This document shows, one piece after another, positions 20,065 to 29,266 of a stretch of DNA of 64,000 nucleotides; position 1 is the first letter of the stretch; each line of letters begins with the position of its first letter. The position numbers were made by a program, and so were the translations under genes. Source of the stretch: Pseudomonadota bacterium (GTDB lineage Bacteria; Pseudomonadota; Alphaproteobacteria; GCA-2731375). The DNA lies in NCBI GenBank assembly GCA_027623205.1, contig JAQBYC010000005.1, forward strand, positions 310 to 64,309. The letters are read 5' to 3'. The notes under the pieces are model-generated. The model saw only the letters and a list, made by a program, of their open reading frames with translations, was not told the origin of the DNA and searched no databases.

Positions 20065-22881
20065 ATGTATGAAGTTGGAATTGCGTTGTTCATTACGGCC
20101 ATCGTCGTCCTCGCGATCCTGTATATTATTTCCATCTGGATTTATAAGCGGGCGCCGTCGAATATGTGCTTTATCCGCACGGGCTTTGGCGGCACCAGGG
20201 TCTGTTTGGGCCAGGGCGCCTTGGTCCTGCCGGTTTTTCATGAAGTATCGTGGGTCTCGCTTGAAACCCTGAAGCTGATCATTTCCCGGTCACGGGATCA
20301 GGCGATCCTGACCTCGGACAATATTCGCATCGACGCGGTGGTCGAACTGTACACCCACGTTGGCCATACGGAAGACGCGGTGTTGACCGCTTCACGCAGC
20401 CTGGGCGAAAAGACCTTTGATTCCGACAAGGTACGCAATCTGTTGGAAGCCAAAGTCGTCGGCGCCCTGCGCAGCTTTGCCGCGACCAAGACCTTGAAGG
20501 AACTGCATCAAAACCGTGACGCCTTTTCCACCGACATCCGCAACGGTGTCACCGAAAGCTTCACCGCCAACGGGCTGGTCCTGGAGGAAGTCTCGATCGT
20601 CACCCTGGAACAGTCAGGCAAGGAATTCTTCCGCACCGACAACGTGTTTGATGCCGAGGGTTTGAAGGTGATTACCGAGATTACCTCGGAGGCGCGGCGC
20701 AAGGTGCATGACACGGAAAAACGCACCACGGTGTCGATCCGCCAGAAGGATCTGGATACCCAGTTGGAACTGTTGGAGATCGAGCGGCACGAAGCCGTGG
20801 CCCGGGCCAATCAGGACAAGGAAATCGCCAACGAACAGGCCAAACAACTGGGTGAAAAGCAGATCTATGTGCTGGATCAGCGCATGGCGGTCGAGCAAAA
20901 GGAAATCGACAACGAAAAATCCCTGGAACGCATCCGTACCGATCGGGATCTGGCGGTAACGGAGGAAGCCAAGCGCCGTGAAATCGCCGAAATTCAAAAA
21001 GAACTCGCCCTGGAGACGGAGCGCCGAGACCGGGAAATCAATTTGATCGCCAAGGCGCGGGAAGAGGAATTGGCCAACATCAGCCGCAACCTGACCTTGG
21101 AATTGGCCGAACGGGATCGCCAGATCGAGCTGGTTGGCAAGGCCAAGGATACCGAGCTGGCGGAAATCGACCGTGTCCTATCGCGGGAGCGGGCCGAAAA
21201 GCAGCGGGAAATCGAACTATCCCAAAAGGAGAGAGAGCGTCAACAGTCAGAGATCGCGCGCATCACCGCCGTCATGGCGGACGAGGAAGCGGCCCGTGAT
21301 GCCCGCCACAACGCAGCCGAAGAGGCCGCCCTGTCGGTGCGCAAACGGGCGCTGCAAACCCGATTGGAAATGCTGGAACTGGACAAACAGGACAGCTTTG
21401 CCGCCGCCCGGCAGGAACAGGAAGTGGCCAACGAGAAGGCCCGTGTCCTGAGCGAGCAGCAACGTTTCATTCTGGATCGCCGCTGGGAGGTGGAGCAGGA
21501 AGAAATCACCAAGGCCGAGGCATTGGAAAAAGCCCGCCTACAAAAGGACACGGCCGTTATCGAGGAGAGCAAAGCGAAGCAAACCGCGGAGATCATGCGT
21601 TCCTTGTCACGCGAATCCGCGGAACGGGACCGCGAGATTGCTTTGGTCGGCAAGACGCAGGAATTGGAGCGGGCGGAAATCCGCCGCACCCTGGCCCGGG
21701 AACAGGAAGAACGGGACCGCGAGATTGCCATGGTCGCAAAAGCCAAGGAACTGGAACAGGTGGAGGTCCAGAAAAATCTGGCGATAGAGTTGGAGATGCG
21801 CCAGCGAGACATCGCCCTGATCGAGAAGGACAAGGAACGCGAGGCTGCGGACATCCGCCGTTTCCTGGCCCGTGAGATGGAGGAACGCAACCGCGAAATC
21901 GCCCTGGTGGAGAAGACCAAGGAACTGGAGTCCGCGGAGGTGCAGCGCCTGACCACGACGGCGGAAAAGGAAAGCGCCCAACACCGGGTCGAATCCGTCC
22001 GCTTGCTGGCGGATGCCGAACGCGCCAAGGAAATCGAGCAGATCAATGCGGAAATGCTGGCGGAAATCCGCCGTATCGACGAGGAAAGCAAAGCGGCCAT
22101 CACCCGCATGCATATGATTACCCAATCGGAAGCGCGGAAACTGTCGGCGGAACAGGAATCGGATGCCACCATGATCCGCGCCCGCGCGTCGGCCGAGGCC
22201 CAGAAGATTTCCGCCGAAGGCATCGAGCGGGAGGCGGGTGCGAAAGGCCGGGCGGAAATGGAGATCGAGGCCCTGCGCGTCATCAATACCCAGCGTATGT
22301 TGGAGGCGGAGGCCAGCGGCATGGAAGCCAAGGCGGATGCCCTGAAAAAATACAACGACGCCGCCACCTTCCTGGAACTGGCGAAGCTGTCTATCGAGGC
22401 CGACCGGGATGTCCATATCGATCAGGCCCGCGCCATGGGCAATGCCCTGGAAGGGGCGCAGATCCGCATGTATGGCGGCGGCGACGGCACGGTCGACACC
22501 ATTCGCGGTCTGTTTACACAGGGCTTTGGCGTGGGCGAGGTACTGGAAGGCTTTGCCCAATCCATGCCCGACGGCCTGCGCCAGAAGTTTACCGCCAACG
22601 GCCTGCGTGGCCTGTTCGGCCGCCCCTACGGACAGGGCGGCCTGCGGCAGGCGGCGGCGCATCTTTCGGCCTTGGTCGATACCACCTTGAGCACGAAGAA
22701 GGCCCGCGAAGCCAATTTCCCCGAGGCGCTGGAGAAACTCATCAAGGCGGCCGGCGACGACGAGACCATGGCCCAGACCCTGGCCATGCTGAAGGAGCTG
22801 AATAGCCAGGGTGCATTCGACAAGGTGTCTTTCGACAACGTCTGGAATATCATGCAGGCCGTGGCGAAGACGGCAGACTAG
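20065..22881 (+). CDS. Very long flotillin/SPFH (band 7) protein, 938 aa
   Basis: N-terminal TM, then YKRA..FIRTGFGG..GALVLPVFHE, LTSDNIRIDA, LEQ..FF..DNVFDAEGL (YqiK/flotillin type); ~550-aa E/K/R/A coiled coil; flotillin C-terminal region. Confidence 0.88.
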   Translation: MYEVGIALFITAIVVLAILYIISIWIYKRAPSNMCFIRTGFGGTRVCLGQGALVLPVFHEVSWVSLETLKLIISRSRDQAILTSDNIRIDAVVELYTHVGHTEDAVLTASRSLGEKTFDSDKVRNLLEAKVVGALRSFAATKTLKELHQNRDAFSTDIRNGVTESFTANGLVLEEVSIVTLEQSGKEFFRTDNVFDAEGLKVITEITSEARRKVHDTEKRTTVSIRQKDLDTQLELLEIERHEAVARANQDKEIANEQAKQLGEKQIYVLDQRMAVEQKEIDNEKSLERIRTDRDLAVTEEAKRREIAEIQKELALETERRDREINLIAKAREEELANISRNLTLELAERDRQIELVGKAKDTELAEIDRVLSRERAEKQREIELSQKERERQQSEIARITAVMADEEAARDARHNAAEEAALSVRKRALQTRLEMLELDKQDSFAAARQEQEVANEKARVLSEQQRFILDRRWEVEQEEITKAEALEKARLQKDTAVIEESKAKQTAEIMRSLSRESAERDREIALVGKTQELERAEIRRTLAREQEERDREIAMVAKAKELEQVEVQKNLAIELEMRQRDIALIEKDKEREAADIRRFLAREMEERNREIALVEKTKELESAEVQRLTTTAEKESAQHRVESVRLLADAERAKEIEQINAEMLAEIRRIDEESKAAITRMHMITQSEARKLSAEQESDATMIRARASAEAQKISAEGIEREAGAKGRAEMEIEALRVINTQRMLEAEASGMEAKADALKKYNDAATFLELAKLSIEADRDVHIDQARAMGNALEGAQIRMYGGGDGTVDTIRGLFTQGFGVGEVLEGFAQSMPDGLRQKFTANGLRGLFGRPYGQGGLRQAAAHLSALVDTTLSTKKAREANFPEALEKLIKAAGDDETMAQTLAMLKELNSQGAFDKVSFDNVWNIMQAVAKTAD
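20974..21950 (+). repeat. Intragenic 87-bp (29-aa) tandem repeats in two blocks 600 bp apart
   Basis: Units start at 20974, 21061, 21148, 21235 and 21574, 21661, 21748, 21835, 21922; consensus E.E.AEI.R.LARE.EERDREIALV.K.K. Confidence 0.85.
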
Positions 22882-22904
22882 GCCGCGGGCCACCGGGCAC
22901 GATC

Positions 22905-24014
22905 ATGGCCGAACTTGACGTCGTCCTAGAGCATGTGGACAAGACCTTCCCGGGCAATACCCGGGCTGTCATCGACTTCAACGCCGAGATCGAGCATGGC
23001 GAATTCGTCTCCATGCTAGGCCCGTCGGGCTGCGGCAAGACGACGCTGTTGCGGATGATCGGCGGCTTGGAGGAGGTTACCTCCGGCCGTATCTTCATCT
23101 CCGGCAAGGATGTCACGGACCTGCCGCCGTCCCAGCGCGACACCTCGATGATGTTTCAAAGTTTCGCCTTGTTCCCCCACCGCACGGTTTTCCAGAATGT
23201 CGGGTTCAGCCTGAAGATGCAGGGGATCGACAAAAGCATCGCCGACCGGCGGGTGTGGGCAATGCTGGAAACCGTCGGCCTGGACCAATTATCGTCGCGC
23301 CGGCCTTCCGATCTATCGGGCGGCCAGCAACAGCGCGTGGCCCTGGCCCGGGCCTTGATCAGCGAGCCTACGGTGTTGTTGCTGGACGAGCCCCTGGGCG
23401 CACTGGATTACAACCTGCGTCAGACCATGATGGTCGAACTGAAGAAGATCCAGCAGGACACCGGCATCACCTTCATCATGGTCACTCATTCCCAACAGGA
23501 AGCCATGTCAATGGCCGACAAGGTTATCGTGATGAGTGATGCAATGGTGCAGCAAATTGGCTCTTCCCGGGAAATTCACGAGAACCCGCGCAACCGCTTC
23601 GTCGCAGAGTTCATCGGCAACAACAATATTTTCAAGGGCGTCATCCGTTCTCGCAGCGGCTCCATGGTATTTATCGAAGCCGGCGAACAGCTTTATTATG
23701 TCCGCGTGCCCGAGCATATCCGCCAGGTCCCTATTGGCCAGGAAGCTCATTTTTCCGTACGCGCCGATCTGATGCATACGGGTGACAACCCTCAGATGGC
23801 CAACAAGATCATCGGCCGCTATTTGGCGACGGAATTCCTGGGCACGCTGGAAACGGACGTGTTCGAAGTGACGCCGGGCCATTTCATTCATGTGGAACAG
23901 CATCGTCACCTGTCGGATACCACCTATAAGGTCGGCGAGCGTGAAACCCTGTGTTTCGCGGCCAATTCCGGCATGCTATTGGAAGAAACCCGGCGGCCCG
24001 ATGATAGGGTCTAA
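22905..24014 (+). CDS. ABC transporter ATPase, PotA-like
   Basis: GPSGCGKTT, LSGGQQQRVALARAL, LLLDEP, TOBE-like C-terminus. Confidence 0.92.
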   Translation: MAELDVVLEHVDKTFPGNTRAVIDFNAEIEHGEFVSMLGPSGCGKTTLLRMIGGLEEVTSGRIFISGKDVTDLPPSQRDTSMMFQSFALFPHRTVFQNVGFSLKMQGIDKSIADRRVWAMLETVGLDQLSSRRPSDLSGGQQQRVALARALISEPTVLLLDEPLGALDYNLRQTMMVELKKIQQDTGITFIMVTHSQQEAMSMADKVIVMSDAMVQQIGSSREIHENPRNRFVAEFIGNNNIFKGVIRSRSGSMVFIEAGEQLYYVRVPEHIRQVPIGQEAHFSVRADLMHTGDNPQMANKIIGRYLATEFLGTLETDVFEVTPGHFIHVEQHRHLSDTTYKVGERETLCFAANSGMLLEETRRPDDRV

Positions 24015-24031
24015 CGCATGGAGGCGAGTGG

Positions 24032-25312
24032 ATGGATAGAACCGCCGATGTCGTGGTAATCGGTGCCGGGATCGCCGGCACGGCCGCCGCCTATTATCTC
24101 GCCAAGGGCGGTGCAAAAGTGGTGGTCTGCGAAAAGGGCGAGATTGCCGGCGAGCAATCCAGCCGCAACTGGGGTTTTGTCCGCCAACAGGGCCGGGACC
24201 CGGCGGAAATCCCCCTGATGATGGAAGCCAATAAGATCTGGCGCGGCCTGGAACGCGAATTGAATGCCGATCTGGAATGGCTTGCGGCCGGCAACCTGGT
24301 GACCTTCGCGACAGAAGAAGAGCGTGCGGGTTGGGAAAACTGGCAGAAAACGGCAGCGCAATACGGGCTTTCATCCCGCATTCTGGGCCGGACCGAGTTG
24401 GAAGCAATGGTCCCCGGCAATGCCTTCGACTGCCTGGGCGGCATCTTCACTGAAAGTGACGGCCAGGCGGAACCGGCCAAGGTTACCGCCGCCCTGGCCC
24501 GCGCCGCAGAGGGCCGGGGCGCTGAATTTTTCAGCCAATGCGCCGTCTATGAGGTGGAGACGACCGGGGGCGCCGTATCAGGCGTGATAACCGAACGGGG
24601 CGCCATTCGGGCCCCAGTCGTGGTCTGCGCCGCCGGTGCCTGGTCGAGCCGGATGCTGCGCACCCTTGGCTTGAGATTGCCACAGATGTGGGTGAAGGGC
24701 TCGGTAGCGCGCACCACGCCGGGTCCGATCATATCGCATACCGCAACCTGGACCGGCGTCGCCTTTCGCCAACGGCGGGACGGCACTTTCAACATCGCCA
24801 CCCGCTCCGCCGATCACGACCTGACCATCGATAGCCTGTTGAACATGCCGGCCTTCCTGGGCAGTTTCGCCCGCAACAAGCGGGCCATCAAGCTGCACCT
24901 GAACCGCCTGTCCCTCGAATTGATCGCGGGCAGTTTCTCCACAGCCGCGCTGGGCCGTGAATTGACCAGCCACCGTATCCTGGATCCAGCGCCAAATCAT
25001 CGGGTACTGCGGCGGACCTTGGCTGAACTGCACCGCCTATTGCCAGCCACGGCGGCAGTTGAGATTGACCGAAGTTGGGCCGGTTATATCGACATGACCC
25101 CGGATATGTTGCCCGCGATTGATGCCGTCAGCCAGCCATCCGGCCTGATCATGGCCACCGGCTTCTCGGGTCACGGCTTTGGCATGGGGCCGATCGTGGG
25201 CCGTCTGGTCGCCGAACTGATCCAACGCGGCAAACCCTCCCTGGACCTCGGCGCGTTTCGTTTTGGCCGCTTCCACGACGGCACGAAACTGAAACCCCAC
25301 AGCGTAGTGTGA
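24032..25312 (+). CDS. FAD-dependent oxidoreductase (DAO/DadA family)
   Basis: GAGIAG, EQSSRNWGFVRQQGRD, WAGYIDMTPD, GFSGHGFGMGP. Confidence 0.9.
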   Translation: MDRTADVVVIGAGIAGTAAAYYLAKGGAKVVVCEKGEIAGEQSSRNWGFVRQQGRDPAEIPLMMEANKIWRGLERELNADLEWLAAGNLVTFATEEERAGWENWQKTAAQYGLSSRILGRTELEAMVPGNAFDCLGGIFTESDGQAEPAKVTAALARAAEGRGAEFFSQCAVYEVETTGGAVSGVITERGAIRAPVVVCAAGAWSSRMLRTLGLRLPQMWVKGSVARTTPGPIISHTATWTGVAFRQRRDGTFNIATRSADHDLTIDSLLNMPAFLGSFARNKRAIKLHLNRLSLELIAGSFSTAALGRELTSHRILDPAPNHRVLRRTLAELHRLLPATAAVEIDRSWAGYIDMTPDMLPAIDAVSQPSGLIMATGFSGHGFGMGPIVGRLVAELIQRGKPSLDLGAFRFGRFHDGTKLKPHSVV

Positions 25313-25325
25313 CAGGGGCAGGACG

Positions 25326-26159
25326 ATGGGCAAGCAGACAGAGACCATGGAAACAGTCCTGATCACCGGCGCCGCGGGTGGCATCGGCACGCGCCTGCGT
25401 CAATTACTGAAAGGCGTCTATCCGCGATTACTTCTCAGCGACCGGGAGAGGCCCGCCGACTTGGCGGCCAACGAGGAATTCATCCCTGCCGAGCTTGCCG
25501 ACATGGCGCAGATGGAAAATCTGCTGCAAGGCGTCGATGGCGTTATCCATCTGGGCGGGCGTGCCATGGAGGATGAATGGGCGGTCATCCATCAGGCCAA
25601 CATTCTAGGTTGCCACAATTTATTCGAAGCCGCGCGCCTGAATGGCACCCGCCGGGTGGTCTTCGCCTCGTCAAACCACGCCATCGGGTTCTATCCACGC
25701 CATCGCCGCATTACCGTTGACGAAAAGGTCCGCCCCGATAGCCGCTATGGCGTTTCCAAGGCCTTTGGCGAGGCCCTTGGCGCCTTCTATGCGGAGAAGT
25801 TCGGTTTGGGCGTTCTGGCTATCCGGATCGGCAATGTCGACGACTATCCGGTCGACGAACGGCGCCTGTCAATCTGGATCAGTCCGCGCGATCTGGTGCA
25901 ATTGATCCGCATTGGCCTCGAGCACCCCGGCCTACGCCATGAAATCGTCTGGGGGGCATCCGACAACGCGCGCGGTTGGTGGGATAACGAACCGGCATAC
26001 CGGCTTGGCTATCGCCCGGATGATCATGCCGAAGAGCATGCCGCACGGGCCCTGGCCGCCCAGGCCGGCCGGCCCGGCGATCCGGTTGGCGACCATTTCC
26101 AGGGCGGTGAGTTCTGCAGCATGGAATTCTCCGGGCCGATGCCCGACGGGAAGGCATGA
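25326..26159 (+). CDS. NAD-dependent epimerase/dehydrogenase, uronate dehydrogenase-like
   Basis: TGAAGGIG, FASSNHAIGFY, PDSRYGVSK, WISPRD, SDNARGWWDN. Confidence 0.85.
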   Translation: MGKQTETMETVLITGAAGGIGTRLRQLLKGVYPRLLLSDRERPADLAANEEFIPAELADMAQMENLLQGVDGVIHLGGRAMEDEWAVIHQANILGCHNLFEAARLNGTRRVVFASSNHAIGFYPRHRRITVDEKVRPDSRYGVSKAFGEALGAFYAEKFGLGVLAIRIGNVDDYPVDERRLSIWISPRDLVQLIRIGLEHPGLRHEIVWGASDNARGWWDNEPAYRLGYRPDDHAEEHAARALAAQAGRPGDPVGDHFQGGEFCSMEFSGPMPDGKA

Positions 26160-27340
26160 CCGTGGCGACAATCGAAGCGGTTGATTTCTTTTACCTGCGC
26201 ATGCCGGAGGTCGAAGCGATTGCCGACAACAGCCAGGATTCCCTGCTGGTTCGGGTTGCCAGCGGCAACGACGTGGGGTGGGGTGAATGCGACGCCGCGC
26301 CCCTGGTCTCCATCGCCTCCTTCATCGCGCCCATGTCCCATGGGATCTGCCGGCCGGTTCAGGATTCCGTCCTGGGCCAACTCCTGGACAGCCCCGCGGA
26401 CATTGCCCGCATCAACAAACTTGTGCGGGCCAACGGCCTCGATCTGTTGCAGACCTCGCATACCCTGGCAGGCATCGATATGGCCATGTGGGATCTGTTG
26501 GGCCGGCGCCGGGGCGAACCGGTCTGGCGCCTGCTTGGCCATGAGCAAAGCCATGGCAAGACCCCGTATGCATCGCAGCTATTCGGTGATGATCCGGCGG
26601 AAACCCTGGCCAAGGGCAAGGCGCAACGGGACCGGGGCTTTCGCGCCGTAAAGTTCGGCTGGGGACCTTACGGACAGGGCGATGCACGAAGCGATAGGGA
26701 ACATATTGCCGCCGCCCGCGAAGGCCTGGGTGAAGAGGGGATACTACTGGTCGATGCCGGCACGGTCTGGGTTGATGACCTGGAGGCCGCCAGCGCCCGC
26801 CTCGAGGCCCTCAAGACCCACCGGGCAACCTGGCTGGAAGAACCATTCATCTCCCCTGCCCTGGCCGCCTATCGCCAGTTGGCTGAATTGGCCGCGCCCT
26901 TGCGTTTGGCGGGCGGCGAAGGCGCCCATAATTTCCATATGGCGCAACAGATGATCGATTATGCCGGTATCGGTTATGTGCAGATCGACGCCGGGCGCAT
27001 GGGTATCACCGATGCCAAGTCGGTTGCCGACTACGCCGCCCAGCGTGATGTCCGCTTCGTCAATCATACTTTTAATTCGCACCTCGCGCTCAGCGCCTCG
27101 TTGCAACCCTTCGCCGGACACGAAAAGGATGACATCTGCGAGTACCCGGTGGAAGCCAGGCCCCTGGCCCGCGAAATCACCCAAAGCATGATTGAACGCG
27201 ACGCCAATGGCCTGATCCGCGCGCCTGACGCCCCCGGTCTGGGTCTGGAAATTGATACCGCCGCCATGGCCCGCTATCTGGTCCAGGTCGAGATCAAGAT
27301 CGATGGCGAAATGCTTTATACCACGCCCGCGTTACCGTGA
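26156..27340 (+). CDS. Mandelate racemase/muconate lactonizing enzyme family (enolase superfamily)
   Basis: GIDMAMWDLLG, AVKFGW, LLVDAG, WLEEP, AGGE, PGLG. Confidence 0.88.
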   Translation: MTVATIEAVDFFYLRMPEVEAIADNSQDSLLVRVASGNDVGWGECDAAPLVSIASFIAPMSHGICRPVQDSVLGQLLDSPADIARINKLVRANGLDLLQTSHTLAGIDMAMWDLLGRRRGEPVWRLLGHEQSHGKTPYASQLFGDDPAETLAKGKAQRDRGFRAVKFGWGPYGQGDARSDREHIAAAREGLGEEGILLVDAGTVWVDDLEAASARLEALKTHRATWLEEPFISPALAAYRQLAELAAPLRLAGGEGAHNFHMAQQMIDYAGIGYVQIDAGRMGITDAKSVADYAAQRDVRFVNHTFNSHLALSASLQPFAGHEKDDICEYPVEARPLAREITQSMIERDANGLIRAPDAPGLGLEIDTAAMARYLVQVEIKIDGEMLYTTPALP

Positions 27341-28159
27341 CCGCCGATAGAGAATCGTATAGATTCCCAGGAAAATCGAGATCATCAGCAACGAAAATAG
27401 GGTCGAGGCCGTCCCCAGCGCGAACAGGGTCGGGCGGATACGTTGGGTCATGGAGGCGTTGATATCCAGGGGCAGCGTATTCTGGGCCCCGGCCAACAGG
27501 GTGGTCCGGGCGAATTCGTCGTAGGACAGGGTGAAACCGAACAGACCGGCGGCAACCACCCCAGGCGTGATCAGGGGGAACGTCACTTCCTTGAACACCG
27601 TCCATTCATCGGCGCCCATATCGCGTGCCGCCTCCTCCAGCCTGGAATCAAAGCGGTTGAAGACCGCCATCATCACCAGATAGCCAAACGGCAGGGCCCA
27701 GATGACATGGACCGCCAAACCGGATGTATACCAGGCCGGCGCCAGGCCCAATTGCCGCAGCAGAATGGCCATCCCCAGACTGAGTAACACGCCCGGCACC
27801 ATCAGGCCGGTCAGAATAGTGTAAAACAGGACATTGGAAAAAAGAAACGACTTGCGAAAGGCCATCGCCAGCATGGTCGAAAACAGCGCCGTGAGCACCA
27901 TCACCATCAAGGCCAGAATGATGGACCGGCCCATGGCCCCCTGCATGTCGCCCACCGTTGAAGGTTCCAGCAGTTTGTTCCACCAATACAGGCTGAAGCC
28001 CCGCATGGGGAACGAGGTGCCGCCGCGCTGGCCCTGAAATGACAGCACGAACATGGCGAACATGGGGCCGTAGATGAACAGCAGGAAGATTACGTAATAG
28101 ATGGAGAAGCCGGTTTTCACCCGCAACTTGCGCCAACGCTCCGGTGTCCTGCGCGCCAT
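27332..28159 (-). CDS. ABC transporter permease, PotC-like
   Basis: EAA loop LEEAARDMGA, FTLSYDEF; 6 TM. Confidence 0.9.
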   Translation of the reverse strand: MARRTPERWRKLRVKTGFSIYYVIFLLFIYGPMFAMFVLSFQGQRGGTSFPMRGFSLYWWNKLLEPSTVGDMQGAMGRSIILALMVMVLTALFSTMLAMAFRKSFLFSNVLFYTILTGLMVPGVLLSLGMAILLRQLGLAPAWYTSGLAVHVIWALPFGYLVMMAVFNRFDSRLEEAARDMGADEWTVFKEVTFPLITPGVVAAGLFGFTLSYDEFARTTLLAGAQNTLPLDINASMTQRIRPTLFALGTASTLFSLLMISIFLGIYTILYRRSR

Positions 28160-28164
28160 TGGCG

Positions 28165-29145
28165 TTACAACTCTTTCCGGATATCGACGACGCGCAAGAT
28201 GACGACGATGCCAATAACCATGGCCAGCATCAACATCAACGCATTGACGGCGGCAAACGGATAGTTCGCGATACCGTAATAATTGAGGATCACGGTGCCG
28301 GCGGTGGAGGTCTTGCCGCCATAGACCACGACCGCGGTGGCGAATTCACCCATAATCATGACGAAAATGAAAATCATCCCAATGGCGACGCCGGGCAGCG
28401 ACATGGGACCGATTATTTCGCGGAAAATCTGAAACGGGGTGGCGCCCATGTCGGTGGCGGCTTCCAAAATGTCTTTGTCGATCTTGGCCAGCGAAAAGAA
28501 CATCGGCCCGATCCCCAGCACCACATAGATCTGCACCAATGCCATGGTGTAGCCGAACTCGGAATAAAACAGAAAACTGACCGGTTCGTCGACAATGCCG
28601 AGGCCAAGCAGGGCCTGATTGATCAGACCACGGCGGCCCAGCATGGGCAGCCAGGCCACGGCCCGGATCAAATACGAGGTCCAGAAGGGCACCATGCACA
28701 ACAGGAACAACGCCAATTGCCATTTGAAGGCCTGCACCTGCATGGCCAGAAAATAGGCGATGGGATAGCCCACGATCAGACACAGAAGCATGGTCACGAG
28801 GGTGAAATAAACCGTGGAACCAAGCGTCCGGATAAATACGCTGGGCAGTAGGAAGCGATCCGCGTCAGGATCGAAAAAGCCCTTGGTGTAAAAATACTCC
28901 CCGTAGAATTCCAGGGAAAAGGCCGGGCTCAAACCTTGGGGCGAATTCTCCCAGAAACTGAAAATGACAATGGAGACCAGCGGGACAACCAGAAACAGGA
29001 TAAGCCAGATGGCCGCGGGCGTTATCAGCCAGACCGTGGCGAAGCCTTCCTCGGTATGGCTGATCTTGGCTTGGATCGCCAGGTCATCCGGCGCGGGTTG
29101 GCCGCCGATCAAGCCTGTATGATATAATTCGCTAACTTTTGACAT
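28165..29145 (-). CDS. ABC transporter permease, PotB-like
   Basis: GYPIAYFLA, PFWTSYLIR, LEAATDMGA. Confidence 0.9.
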   Translation of the reverse strand: MSKVSELYHTGLIGGQPAPDDLAIQAKISHTEEGFATVWLITPAAIWLILFLVVPLVSIVIFSFWENSPQGLSPAFSLEFYGEYFYTKGFFDPDADRFLLPSVFIRTLGSTVYFTLVTMLLCLIVGYPIAYFLAMQVQAFKWQLALFLLCMVPFWTSYLIRAVAWLPMLGRRGLINQALLGLGIVDEPVSFLFYSEFGYTMALVQIYVVLGIGPMFFSLAKIDKDILEAATDMGATPFQIFREIIGPMSLPGVAIGMIFIFVMIMGEFATAVVVYGGKTSTAGTVILNYYGIANYPFAAVNALMLMLAMVIGIVVILRVVDIRKEL

Positions 29146-29175
29146 GCACGACCAAGATCAAATAGCGGCCTAGGG

Positions 29176-29216
29176 AAAAAAGCGGCCGGCGCGGCAAATG
29201 CCGCACCGACCGCTTT
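29176..29216 (-). terminator. Intrinsic terminator/attenuator hairpin after the binding-protein gene
   Basis: Minus strand AAAGCGGTCGGTGCGGCA-TT-TGCCGCGCCGGCCGCTTTTTT: GC stem plus U-tract between the SBP and permease genes. Confidence 0.65.
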
Positions 29217-29266
29217 ATTATTCCATGTCCGCTCCGAATTAGGAACGGCCTAAAGGCCGAAGATCA

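Noticed and set aside
20974-21950. 87-bp periodicity as a CRISPR array or DNA-level repeat element
   Set aside because: The repeats are degenerate in DNA, conserved at protein level, in frame, and lack repeat-spacer structure; no cas genes are present.
17949-22893. Long antisense ORFs (17949..19625, 21240..22367, 21607..22893)
   Set aside because: Shadow frames of hyuB and the flotillin gene in high-GC DNA; no motifs, and their composition mirrors the sense codons.
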